From NCBI GenBank assembly GCA_029717555.1, contig JAMDHS010000067.1:62001-116045 (forward strand): a stretch of 54,045 nucleotides of DNA. The letters run 5' to 3'. The notes beneath the pieces are model-generated. The model saw only the letters and a list, made by a program, of their open reading frames with translations, ran no database searches and was not told the origin of the DNA. The position numbers were made by a program, and so were the translations under genes. This DNA comes from Peribolospora baueri (Eukaryota). Shown in pieces: positions 35,695 to 47,649 of the stretch. Each line of letters opens with the position of its first letter. The first letter of the stretch is position 1.

Positions 35695-36116
35695 GGTGAG
35701 CGTTCTCGGAGCAGGTGGAATAGAACGTAAATGGAGAAGGTGGCGGGGAAGGAGGGGCGAAATCAGTTAGCCTGAGGGTCCGCTGTCCCGCTTGCAAGTT
35801 GCGATGAAAAGAGTGTGGACGTTTAGGCTTGGAGGTGGATCCGTCCGTTCCTGGCCATGTCGATATTTATTAACGGTCGGTGCCGCAGTGGAGGCGCCGC
35901 CGTGCACAGCCGCGCGACTACGCGACGCCACCTACGCCGAAGGGGGAAGATGTGTATAGCACGAAGTAAATACGAGTGGAACAGGAGGAGAGGGAAGCCA
36001 AATAGAATACATGTAGCCAAAGGACGTCGTGTAACCGTCGGGGAGCAAAGGCAAAGGCAAAGACAAAGACAACAAGCGAAACGCACGGAAAGGAGACGGG
36101 AGTCCTATCGAGTGCT

Positions 36117-39100
36117 TCACTTTTTCATCCAAATGGGCTTGCTGCCCGGTAAAAGCGATCGAAGGTTATCCGTAATGTCAGGAAGCTTCGTCGTCGTCCG
36201 GCCTCGTGCTGTGCCCGTCGCAGTGACCGCCTCCGACTGTTCAGCCCTTTCATCGGCGGAAGGCGCATTTTCAGTTCCAGAGACCGACACGCCGTCACCT
36301 GCAGATTCGCCATCCACCGTCGTCGGGCGCTTTCGGAGCTTGTTCCTGTCTGCAGCCGCAGATGCCGATGATATCGCGGTTGCCTCTTCTTCGGCTCGCT
36401 TGCGGTCGTAGTTCTCGACCAGCTGTTGGAACGCGAGACATAGGACCTCCGCTTGTGCGAGCGTGGGCTCGAGCTCGATGGATCCGGACAATTCGTTGAC
36501 GTACTGAGAAAGGAGGACGTCTGGATTGAGTGTTTGGACTTCTCGCTAGAATGGAAACGGTGACGATAGACGCACCTTGAGGATTTCGTCGAATTCTACT
36601 AGGTATCGGATGATGACGTCTCTGTGACTCTCCAGCACCGCCAATGCGACGAACAGACTGAATTTCGGCGAGAGGTAGTCGGTCCAGACCACCTCCCACA
36701 ACGTCTGGACGTCCTGGAAAGAGAACTCGCGCTACGAGCAAACAGACACCAGACACCATAACTGTCTTCAGACGGCATGTCCTATATCGACCGAAAACGT
36801 CGGCAAGGGATTCAAAAAAGCTCACCTTGAAGCCGATAAGCAGCCATCTGAAGCAAAAGAACAAATGCAGAGCCCCGGTTTTCTCGAGGTGCCGGTGCAA
36901 TTCCGGGTCCATGACGGCGATCAACTGTTGTAGGGTCAGCAGTTGGCGCATCATGCCGGACTGATCGCGCAGGAAGTTCGACTTCTGCTCGGAGAGGGGC
37001 GTGAATTCAAAAGCGGTCAGGCAAGTCGGCTCTTTCCGGAATGATGAGGGGGAAGAGACCAGAAGCAACAGGATACCGAAGACGCACCATACGCTCCATG
37101 ACTCCGACGAAGCACCAGAAAGAAAGAACCTCGTCCGCCTCCATGACGACGTAAATCGGGCTGGCGAGATCGCTCATGCCTTGGACGTAGCCAAGCTCCT
37201 TCTCCCAGAAATTGTACGTCACGAGCACTTCCTGAAGCTTCTCGACGTGTTCATTCGTCGGAGGTTGGGCACCGACGGACGGATCTGTCGCGCTTGACTC
37301 TGTTGCGCCTCCGGCACCCGGGCTCGACGAGACCGAATCCGGCGTAGAGTCCCCTGATTGCGAAACGACAAAGCCCGGCGTGGGAAGGGCGAACAGTGGT
37401 TGGGTACGATCGGTGCGCCGGCAATCGACGCGAATGCGATGGCGTTCTTCTATGGTGTTCTCCTGCGCAAGTACTTTGGGGTTGTCGCGCCAGGAAGCCA
37501 ATAGTTCGTAGTACTCTTGACTGCGATGACAGCAGGACGGAAGATGAAGACGTGAGCCTCTGAATTATCGCCACGCGCCCGGTGGCCACGTCGAAACTCA
37601 CGCCTTCTCCTTCAAGACTTGCTGTCTTTCCGTTTCGGAGCTCTTCCATTCGTACATTCTCAAGAGGAATGGCCAGGCATGCTTCCTAACGTCAGGGGCG
37701 AGCCCACCTCGGAAGATCTCGGCCTTCACAGTCTCCTCATCCACTTTGAGGCGCCCTCCATCGTCGAACCAGCTCTGCCATTGGGACAGCACGACAGGTT
37801 GCGACGTGCGCGTGCTCCGAGGTCGATGCAAATTGGCGGTAGTCTGAAGAGAAAAAAAAAAGCGGGTGAGGAAGATCGTAAGAAACACGGTGCCTCGAAA
37901 TCGAGACGACAAGTGAGGAAGAAGCGGCCGTACAGCGAGAAGCTCGAAAACTCCGAGGTCGCCTCCTTCGGTGCCTCCATCCTCTTCGCCATCGATGTCG
38001 ACTTCACGTCTCCTGTTCCGCTCTCCCTCCTCCGCGACAAGTCGAGCCCATTTTGCCAGATAGACTCGGGCCGCGTCATATTCTCCCGGCCCCGTCTGCC
38101 CACCGTATCCTCTTCGACCATTTTGCGAACCGCCGTGACTGCTTTGGCCGCTCATCTCCGCTGGCTCAGCGTGGGCAAAGCTAGCCACTGGCTGCGGAAG
38201 GTGTGGAACGATCGGCTGTGCGAGAGGATGAGAGACGAGCTGATGGGTCGCCTGCCGGGCGGAGCGCGTGAATCGGGAGAAAGAGGACAGGATGGAAAAC
38301 CGAGTGGATTTGGCTAGAGCGGTCAAACTGTCCATGGTCGGATCCGAAGTCGACGGCTGAGGGTGCGAGCGACGTTGCGGAGACGTAGACATCGATTGGT
38401 GTAAGATGGACTGCCTCTTGAGCAGGTCAAAGGCTGATGAACGGCGGACGGTCGCTGGGCCCGGCTGACTTTGTCCATCACCGCCGCGCTTGGGCGGGGT
38501 GAAGTCGATGGCATCGTCCTCAAACAACACGGTCGAATGCGTCTCCAGGTCGCTCGAGTTAGGGTTGATGAGGAACAGCGTCGGGTCGACGACGCTCCGG
38601 TGCACTTGTGCGAACAACCTGAGACGTTGAACGAGATCGGCGCCGCCCCATGTGGAGTTGTTCCGCCTCGATTTGGAGGGTCCCTGGCCGTTGCGCAAGC
38701 TGGCAGCCGTCTGCATACTACGTACGCTGCTCGCATCACTGGCATCGGCGCTTGGACCGCTCGATCCCGACTCTTGCTTGCTCCTCTCGATCGAGAGCAT
38801 GGTGCTGCGGCTCTCATCATCGTGAAAGTGTAAGGTGGGAAGAGACAAACCGCCGACCATGTTGACCGTGACAGTTCCGTACCAGTTGGACAGAGTGGGC
38901 GGGTGTATCAAAAGGGAATAGACGTTGCGAATGGGAACAGAGAAAGCGTGCGTTGAAGCGATGTTGGGTGGCGTTTTGACCAAGACCGAATCTTAGTGGC
39001 CGGGTGGACGGGAAAAGGTGGGCGGCCAGTCAGGAAGACTGCACGTGTAGCTAAATTGCGTGTCCGGCTTCGTTCAAGCGGCAACACTGGCTCACCCTCG

Positions 39101-40013
39101 TCATTCCAGTCTATTCCGGTGTAGACGCCTTTACCTTCGCCTTCTTCCTCCACCTTGACAAACTTGCCGAACTCGTCGCGTTCCTCAAGCAGGCTTTCAG
39201 GGATCCAAGAAAGGAGTACGTCCCGCGGCTCCTGCGCGGCGACGACGACAACGGAGAGAACAAGGTAAGACATTACCAAGATCCTGTCAAGCCAATTTGC
39301 CTCTACCCGTCCCGGTCGCTGCGCGCGTCACTCACCCTCTCCACAATGGCCACGAACCCAGGCACGTTATCTTTCGCCCAAGCGCTCGGGTGAACGTAGA
39401 CCTTTGATTTGGAATACAAAAGTCTGCACCGCTCCGCATCATCAGGGCCTTCCTTTTGCGTCGGAGAGCTGCTCGCTACCGGCTCAGCTCCCGAACCGTG
39501 GGAGACAGCTGTGCCGGGGTTGCGATCAAGTCGAGGACTCTGCTGCGCTTGTCCGTCTTTATCCTTGCTCTCCCTCTCCAGCTCCGCCTTTTCCTCCTCC
39601 GCGTTCTTGAGCACACTAACACGGCTTGTGAGTGACGCGCTCGACTTGGAGCCTTTCATTGCGATGCTGAACGGCGAAGGAGGGCTGAGAGGCGTGGCCG
39701 CGGCTTCTGCCAGTGCCTCGGACTGTGTGCTTATAGGAGTCGACGCTCCCGATCGTTCGGTCAACGGGGGATCTTCTTGATGGTCGTCCGATGTCTGTAC
39801 CTTTGGGCAGGTGTCCTTCTCGGAAGACGGGGCTGGCTCTCCGTCGGCCGATGCAGGCGACTACGTCGTGCCCAACAGACCGCCGTCGCATCAGCCGTCG
39901 GGGTCTGAATGCAGCCAGCAACTCCATCTCGGCCAGACAAAGAAACTCACCTCTCTCCCCTCCTTCTCTGTCGGCCCATCGTTTGGCTTGTCCTTGTGAG
40001 GTCCGCCTCCCAT
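36117..40013 (-). CDS. GYP7: TBC-domain Rab GAP (Gyp7/TBC1D15-like), multi-exon
   Basis: LLYSKSKVYVHP..KDNVPG, EYDAARVYLAKWA, IFRGGL...VRKHAWPFLL, IRVDCRRTDR (R finger), LGYVQGMSDLASP (Q finger), FFCFRWLL, YVNELSGSIEL. A first exon at 39951-40013 is inferred from splice phase. Confidence 0.9.
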
Positions 40014-40605
40014 TCTGGACGGTTCTTGTTCTACGGGAGGAAGGAGACACCTGCCTGACCGTGGTGCCACTGGTCACACGTCGACCCGGTCCCGATCACT
40101 CGTCGCCCCCGCGCCTCGCCGCAGTAAGCGGTCACGTGTTGCTCACGTGCTGCCTTCGCTTTCCTCGGCGCGGCCCGAGACTAGACTAGATTCCACTCGT
40201 TCGGGGCTGCGGGGGAGGTGCGCCTCCGAAGGTTGCACAAGGGATCGCCAGCGAGGCGGAATACATTCATCTTCATCTTCATCTGGGGATGGGGGACAGA
40301 TGATGGTGGTGGCAAGACACAGCCGTTCCGAGGCTGACAGGATGGCCTTACGTAGACCCTGCCTGCGCACACAACCAGGTCGACTCCCAGCCAGGGCCAC
40401 TTCCAATCACTGACACGGGCGACAGTCGAGCCCCGCGCGCGGCTTCCACGAGACTCACGCTAAGACTTGCTTGGAATGCAATCACAATCACGGTACAGAA
40501 ATTTTAAAGAAAGGCGCCCCCGCCTTCTCGCGACGTCCCGCGCACGCGCACCTCTCCCAGTCCACCACGCCCCATACCGTCTCGTCTCGTGTATATCGTC
40601 TCCAG

Positions 40606-41759
40606 ATGTCTTCCCTCAGCGCAGAGAACGCGGCCGTGATGAGCGCCTACCGCTGGCACCTCGGTAGTCACGACCTCGTCAAGGAAGAGGTGCCCGTGCC
40701 AGTGCCCGGCGAGGGCGAAGCGCTTATCAAGGTGGAGGCCACCGGTCTATGCGGGACAGACGTGGGTATCCATATGGTCCTTACGTTTCCTTTGCGACAG
40801 TGCTTGGCTCGCGACCGATCGACCCACTCCACATCGGTTCCCCCTCCCCCCTCTGGCAGTTACATGTTCTCAATGGCGCCTTTCCCTTCCGGTCCTCCGC
40901 CTTCACCTTGGGCCATGAGGTCTGCGGTATTCTCCACGCGCTTGGACCTTCCTCGTCCGGCCACGACCTCCAGGTCGGCAAGCGCTACGCGGCGTACCCG
41001 GTCAACCCGTGCCTGAAGACGTCATGCCCGGACTGCCATGGCCCATCCCCGACCCACAGTTGCCGCGACAGGGACACCCTCGGTCTTGGCCGCGACGGCG
41101 GGTTCACGTCTTATGTGTGCGTACCCGCTCGTGTGCTCGTGCCCGTCCCCGACGGCGTGTCGGCCGAGGTCGCCGCCGTTTGCACCGACGCCGTCCTGAC
41201 GCCCTTCCACGCCCTCCGCACCCGTGGCGAGGTGGGCCCTGGAAAGAAGGTGCTCATCATCGGAGTCGGCGGCCTGGGTAGCAATGCCGTGCAGATCGCT
41301 CGGCATGTCCTCGGAGCCGAACGTGTTTTCGCAACCTATGTCAAGGCGGAGAGCCGTGACCTGGCCGTGAAGCTCGGGGCTCATGAGACCATCGAGGCTC
41401 ACAAGGTGATTGAATATCTCCAAGCGAACAACATCGACATCGACGTGGCGGTCGACTTTGTCGGTATCGAATCTTCCTTCACCACCGCCTTCCACGCCGT
41501 TCGGCCGGGAGGGCGCGTCGTCTCTGTCGGCCTCGGCAGTCCGGCAGTGCAGCTGCCGTTGCAGTTGAGCGTAGTCTTCGAGAAGGAGATTCGGGGCTCG
41601 TTCTGGGGACGTCAAGACGAGCTGGCTGAGGTGCTGCAGCTCGTCGCCGATGGCAAGATCACTCCACAGGTGCAGGTGGAGGAGATGAACCAGCTAGAAG
41701 ACTTCGTCACGAAGCTGCGCTCCTCTCAGCTGAAGGGGAGAGTGGCTTTCAAGCCTTAG
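40606..41759 (+). CDS. Zinc-dependent medium-chain alcohol dehydrogenase (intron about 40762-40859)
   Basis: GLCGTD|LH, TLGHE, structural-Zn CxxxxCxxC...C, TDAVLTPFHA, IIGVGGLG, KGRVAF. Confidence 0.92.
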
Positions 41760-42157
41760 GTGTGCCAGAACAACATGGCGATGTATCCGAGTCGTCACCT
41801 GACTCGCAAGTTCCATTACCGTCGAGGCAATCAAATCAAGAACTGTTAGATCGAAACGACACAGCCGGCGCAGGAGTTCCACTTTTTGCCTCGGCGTGGA
41901 GAGGCGGTTCTCGTCGTACGACCGCGTGGCAACGACTGTCTGCAGCAAGCAATACAAATAGGCGAAGACGACGACAAAACTGTAAATTCGACCTTGAGCT
42001 TACAGCATACGTACAGGTGAAAGGACGAGCGAAAAGAGGCGTCGGAAAACGAGCCTTCGCGGATTCGCTCACAAAGAAAGGGAAAGGCAGTAGTAACGTA
42101 GTAACGCAGGGAGAGTAAATACTCTTGAACGGAACGCGGGGTAGGTTGAACGTAAAC

Positions 42158-42746
42158 TCAGAAAGTGTCGTCTCGTACGTTGAAAGGGTGAAGGAGGACG
42201 GGACAAAAGCAGAAAGAGAGCTGGGTGCAGAGACGAGACGGGCAAGCAAGGTTGGGTATACGCCACTGGAGGAGAACGACGAATCCGAGCGTAAAATAAA
42301 AGATGTAAGCAACTCCGTCCTCGCCAGCCTCGTGCCAGCACAATTCAGCTCACCGATCTCGCTGCGAACAGCCCGTTGCGTCCATGAGCAATCGGACGCC
42401 ACACGACCGTATTCGGCCGGGCCGGGCGCGACTGCGCACTCATGGGCGACGACGACACCGGCAGAACAACGTTTGCGGGCCGGGCGTAAGTTGCCGCGCT
42501 CCCTCTCCCCCTCTCCCTCCTCCGGCCACCCCTCATTCTTGTACCTCTGGTCCTTTCATTCAGCGGCGCCCTCCCACACGCTTCCCTCTTGTCCCTCGCA
42601 GTGGCCGACATAAGACTCAAGGAAGCGTGCGCGAGGCCGTTGCCCTGCCTCTCAGAAAAGAAGACAACGACGGCCCGAGAGGGCTGTAAAAGACGGGAAG
42701 GCAGAAAAAGGGGGGCGGTGTTGGGGTAGAGAGGGAGACGAACTGG
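42158..42746 (-). promoter_or_regulatory. eRF1 3'UTR with an open readthrough frame and two candidate introns (42684-42743, 42266-42353)
   Basis: TAG-C stop followed by 133 in-frame sense codons. GTTCGT...TTTTACAG (60 nt) and GTGAGC...GCTTAC...CTCCTCCAG (88 nt), both at phase 0 of the readthrough frame. Confidence 0.55.
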
Positions 42747-44842
42747 CTACTCGTCGTCGTCGCTGTAGAACTCGTCGTCGTCCTCATACACCTGCAAGTC
42801 CTCGAATGCAACCTTGTATCGCAACAGTCCGCCGATGCCGCCGAAGCCTTTGACGAACTGGCTACCCTCCTGAGAGCGATTGGTAACAAACTGCGAGACG
42901 ATGTGACACGGCGTTGCATTTGTCAGCACATGCGTAATCCAAATGACAACCGCGACAATGGAAATGAGCCGCTTCGCGCTCACCTCCAAATTGGCGCCAA
43001 AGTCCTTGTACTTTTCCGCGAACCATTCAAGGAGAGGCTGAGGCTCCTCAGCCTGCTCCATCTCGATGCCAGTCGCCTTGTCAAGGAACCTTTCACGCTC
43101 CTTCTCCTGCTCCTTCGTAAGATGAAGAACGACGTTGTCTGCAGATGGGTATGGGCAAAAGAAGACTAAACAACGATTCGTCTGAGCAAATCCTTCCTAG
43201 ATGAGACAAACACTCACGGCCTTCAGAGTCCTTGAGGACGTAACGCGTCACTTCAAGGTTCTCCCAGACGATCAGAGTTTCCACGGCACCCATCTCGAGC
43301 GCCTTGAGGACGTCCTCAACGCCGAAGCAGTACTTGCCCGTGTCGAGGCTGATCTCATCGAAATACTTCTGAATGAGCTTCTTCTCCTGGACGAACTTGA
43401 CATTCTGCAGACTCTCCGCCGCGAGCTCAATCGCCTGATTGAAGCCGTTCTCGCCGCCGTAGGAGACGTCAACGGTGCGGATGACCTTGGTCGCCAGGCG
43501 TGGATCGAACATGTCGGACGTGTTGAGCTCGGTCTTGAAGTCGGCAGAACCTGCGAGGATGAGCCCAGCCACGTTGCATTTGTTGTCGGTGATGAAGTGC
43601 TGAGTCGCTAGCTCTGCGATCTTGCGAACGTAGTTGTGTCGAGCTTCGTCACGAAGACGGGCGAAACGAACGGCAGACTGACCACCACGGCCTGCGAAGA
43701 AGCAAAAGAACCAAATTGGAAGCGGCGTGAGAGGAAACCCGCGAAGACGCCAAACATGCGACATGGACGCACCGTGCTTCTTTGGAAGGTCTACGGAGAG
43801 CTTGTGAATGACTGTACGAGTATTACCGGCGACAGTGCCGAACAAAGAACCATTGCCGTCCATGACGATGAAACCAAACTTGGCGTCGGACTCGAGGAGC
43901 TCAGAAAGCGCCTCAGTGTGGAATTTGTTGTCGCAAAGATAGAGTGAACTGTAGAATGGAGGTGACTAGCGTTAGAGAAATGTAATTCCACGACGCCAAG
44001 CAGCCAAGACTCACGTGTTGATCGGCTTGAAGGGCTCAAAAGAGAAGTTGACTTTCTTCTCTTTGCCCTCGTCAGTCAAAATGGTACCACAGTAGACGAC
44101 GAGACCATTCGGTGGGACTAGAGACATGACGGAGAAGTTGTGCAGTGAGCTCTAGTTCAGAGATACAGTGTAACACAAATCCCTGCTCACCCTTGGTATA
44201 CAGCTTAAGCCTCTGCTGCGTCGACGTGATAGCAGCCAGAACGGACAGCCTGTTGACACGCGACTTGATGTTCGAGGCCGTACCATACTCTTGGGTAAGC
44301 ATGGCCGAGACACGGGAGAGCTGATCCTGCACGAGTGGAAGAAGCGAGACGAAAATGTCTGAAATGAGCCTTTCTCGCTCTTGGAAAGCAGCTGACTGTG
44401 CCTGACGCAGAACCCAAGGACTCGGAGCAAATGCCAACAGCAAGACTAACCTTCGGTGGAATGACGAGGGAGATCATGGAAGTGCCAGCTCTGGAGAGAA
44501 GTGGAAGAGTAACAAAACATGTTTGAGTCTTCTCCACCACCTACGAGCACTGTCAACAGCGTCGCCGCCACCACTATCGCGGCCACGCGATTGATTGACG
44601 GTGCCGAGGAGCATCGCGAGCAGACAGCTTGGCGATCGCTAGGTACGCCTCGACTCACCCTCGGGCAGCATCAAGGCTCTTGACGAGCTTCTTGACCTTC
44701 CAGATCTGTTAACGAAGACAGTATGTACGATGCAGAAACGTCTTCCGATCAGGGCTCAGGCCGGAGCTAGCCCCAGAGTAGTCGCCCACGTCGAAGGCCG
44801 ACTCACCTCGATGTTCTTTTCCGCGGCGTCGTTCGAGCTCAT
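42747..44842 (-). CDS. SUP45: Eukaryotic release factor 1, multi-exon
   Basis: [69 protein letters not shown]; stop TAG at 42747-42749. Confidence 0.97.
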
Positions 44843-45228
44843 TTTGAAACGTGCAGTCGGCGGCCCGTTCTATTAGGGTGGCGGAGGTGGCAAAAGAGAA
44901 AGGAAATCAAAGAAGAGGCTAGCGAATGAGTGGTCCACTGGAGGGTCGCTTTTGCCTTCTCGTTCTCGTTCCGAAGAGATTTGAGCGCGCAGACTGCTCC
45001 GCTGCTGCGGCAGTGACGCTTCCCACGGCCGGGGAGCACATTCAGCGAAGGACCGACCCGACCAATCTTCTCGATCATCTTCTGCACTCGCTACGAGCCG
45101 CGAATCAGAAGGTCGCAATTCGTCAGGCGATGATGGTCTAGCCTGGGCATATCGGAACGCAGCGCCCGACTCGCAGAGCTGCGTGCACATTTTTCACCCG
45201 GAATTGCCGTTGAGTTTCTTCCACAAGC

Positions 45229-46104
45229 ATGCCTATGAGCCGTAAGAGGCGACGCGAGGAGGAAGGGAGAGAGGGGAACGCTCCCCTGGACGACGGCGAG
45301 CCAATGCGAGGCCCGGTGAGAATCAGTTTCTGTGCCTCCTCCAGGCGAAGCAGGCAGGTTAGAGAGAGCTAGAATCATAACGACCCTTAAACTGCTGGTC
45401 CCGCTTTCGTACTCAGACCGGCAAAAGGACCAAGTCTGGCCGCACCTCGAATGAACAGACCACCGAAGCTGCTCGCTCAGCTCACAAGCGCCCTCGCCTG
45501 CCGGGCCGAGTTCGCAAACTGGCGGTACAGCATTCGAATCAGGGTCCCAACGAGATCTACCTAAGCAAGAAGACGGACTTGGCAGCCTATTTGAAGCGAG
45601 GCAGGAAGATGGTGCTGGAGCAAGGGTGAGATCAGCCGAGGCCCCCAGTCGTGGTGCGGGTGACCCTCCTGACCCGCTTTCCTTTCTCTGCCTGCTCCAT
45701 TGACGCCGTTCAGGTACCATCAGATCCTCATTCATGCTCTCTCAGCCGCTATTCCTCAGGCCATCGTTCTCGCTTTCGCCTTGCGCGACTCGCTGGGCCT
45801 CGAACCAGAGGACGTCGCCGTGGAGACGAGAACGAAAAGCGTGGCCAGTTTGGATGAGGTTATTCCTGAGGATGTGGTGAGTCAGGGCCAAAGCAGCATG
45901 AGCATGACTTGAATTTTTTCCACCTGCTCAAACACAGTCATTATTCTTCGCCTTCCCTTTCTGCGACGTGGACAGGATGAAGACATCCAAACACAGACGC
46001 GACTCCAATCCGCCGTCACCATCACCTTTCGTGTCCTCGCTCGGCCGCGTGCAGCGCAAATTCTTAGGCAGTCCGCATCTGTCCCTAAGGGCCCGTCTAC
46101 ATGA
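45229..46104 (+). CDS. POP7: RNase P/MRP subunit Rpp20/Pop7 (Alba fold), 4 exons
   Basis: Spliced ...RKLAVQH...NEIYLSKKTDLAAYLKRGRKMVLEQG|YHQILIHALSAAIPQAIVLA...TKSVASLDEVIPEDV|DEDIQTQTRLQSAVTITFRV. Only partly present in the ORF track. Confidence 0.82.
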
Positions 46105-46541
46105 GCATACAGATCGTGTCAGTTGCTGGCACAAGCCTGCCAACCTCATTGCATTTCTCAGACTGCATTTGTATCATTGTGACGTCTTGCAACGAGGATC
46201 ATACGAAGCGGGTAAAAAGACAGTGTTTGGAAGGGATAAGCGAGGCCCATGGCGGTTTAGCCTTGAGTTGGGTCGACACAAGGATCCTCTTCATGACCGA
46301 GCTCGTCAGAGCCAGTCGGCCTCTTCCGCCCGTTGACGATAAAACAGCCGGGCGCTTTTCGCAGTGCGTTGACTTCCCTCTTTCACCCGTATGAGAAGAC
46401 GTCGTTCTACGTGCCAAGGGCCGGATCCATCGCCCATCTTCCTTCAGACTCTATTGCATTCCATAGAAGACGATAATTGCGCTGTCTAGGAGGTCAAGGT
46501 ACATGGTGCTTGTACAAGACGCAAGGAAAGGAAGGAGGACA

Positions 46542-47050
46542 TCACAAAACAGTCGACAAGGCTGCTTTCCAGTCGGCGAGGTACGCTTCAGCCTCCGACC
46601 GAGGGATATAAGCGTCCGGATAGTCAATGCTCAGATGAAGCTCATTGCGCCATGTCCACTGCACGATGAGGAACGGGGCACGCGGGAGAAGGCTAAGTGT
46701 TATCATGAACCTCGGCGCCGGGGGGTATCGTCATGTCCGAAACAATGCCCGCCTGGAGGCGGAGCAGCTTGGGACCTTCCACGTCTGCGAGACTTCTCGT
46801 TCTAGGAAGTAGGTCGGGCGAACTCTCGGCACACTCACGCTCTTCTAAACAAAGCATGGCACCGGAAGTGCTGCATTGGAGGGTACCTGCCGTTCACTGA
46901 TTCGGGTCCAAGCAGCGGGCGAACAACTGCAGCCGGTCAGCACTCACGAAGTTGCCGTCGTTCTGGCTCGTGGGATTCATGATGGAAGTCGACAGAGCGA
47001 GCTTGTCAGAGGCCTGCTCCAGGGCGGCTGGAACGTCGGCCGTCCGGAGA
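46542..47050 (-). pseudogene. Possible C-terminal remnant of a CoA-dependent acyltransferase-like gene
   Basis: Exon-like open frame 46542-46801 (…PFLIVQWTWRNELHLSIDYPDAYIPRSEAEAYLADWKAALSTVL*) after a CCTAG acceptor, plus an upstream exon-like piece ending at a GTGAGT donor. No complete gene could be built. Confidence 0.3.
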
Positions 47051-47649
47051 CGGGGCGGCGTGAGGTCAAAGCAGAGTCCAACGTGCAACTGACGAGCCCG
47101 ATGAGGCGGGGATCTCAGACGGGCCGGGTGTGGCATTCCAACTCGAGTCCACTCAGACTCGAGGATGCCACCGAACAACATGCCTCTTTTCAAGCTATTT
47201 GAACGGTGAAGACCATACAATGTGCTGCCGATCTTGTACCGCGTTCGACGGTGCGGGCATGTAATAACCGCCAACGACAGCACTGGTCGCCGAGCAGACT
47301 AACTTCTAGTATCTTCTCGGCCGAGGCAGGCCGATCCTCGTCCGCCGCCTCTCCTCTCGTCGTCCCCTATGTCGCCTGGTCTTCGTGTTAACCATCTCAG
47401 ACATGGCGTCACGTAGCTAGGGTTAGTAAACGACTGCGGCGCCGGCAATCGACGCCAGCAAGCGACGCCGGGGTTCGCCGTTCTTCTCCGCCCCTTCCAT
47501 CGCCTTCTTCGGCTTTTCTGCCAGCCTAGTCCCAGCCTCGGCGCTGGAACCGGGCGGAGCGGGATAGATTAGAAAAACTCTTGGACGCAGACAACCATCA
47601 CCGTCCCTTTTCCTTCCTCGACCACACGGATTAAAGGTCGTTTCTCAAT

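Noticed and set aside
42018..42558. Possible solo LTR bounded by TGAAAGGAC...GTCCTTTCA
   Set aside because: No target-site duplication (ACAGG vs TTCAG), no PBS or clear PPT; the region is better explained as the eRF1 3'UTR. A genome-wide blastn showing multiple copies would revive it.
44030..44300. Variant eRF1 suggesting an altered genetic code
   Set aside because: GTS, NIKS and YxCxxxF motifs are intact, and genes in the window end in TAA, TAG and TGA normally.
44490..44658. Intronic snoRNA in the long second intron of eRF1
   Set aside because: No convincing C/D (RTGATGA/CTGA) or H/ACA box arrangement.
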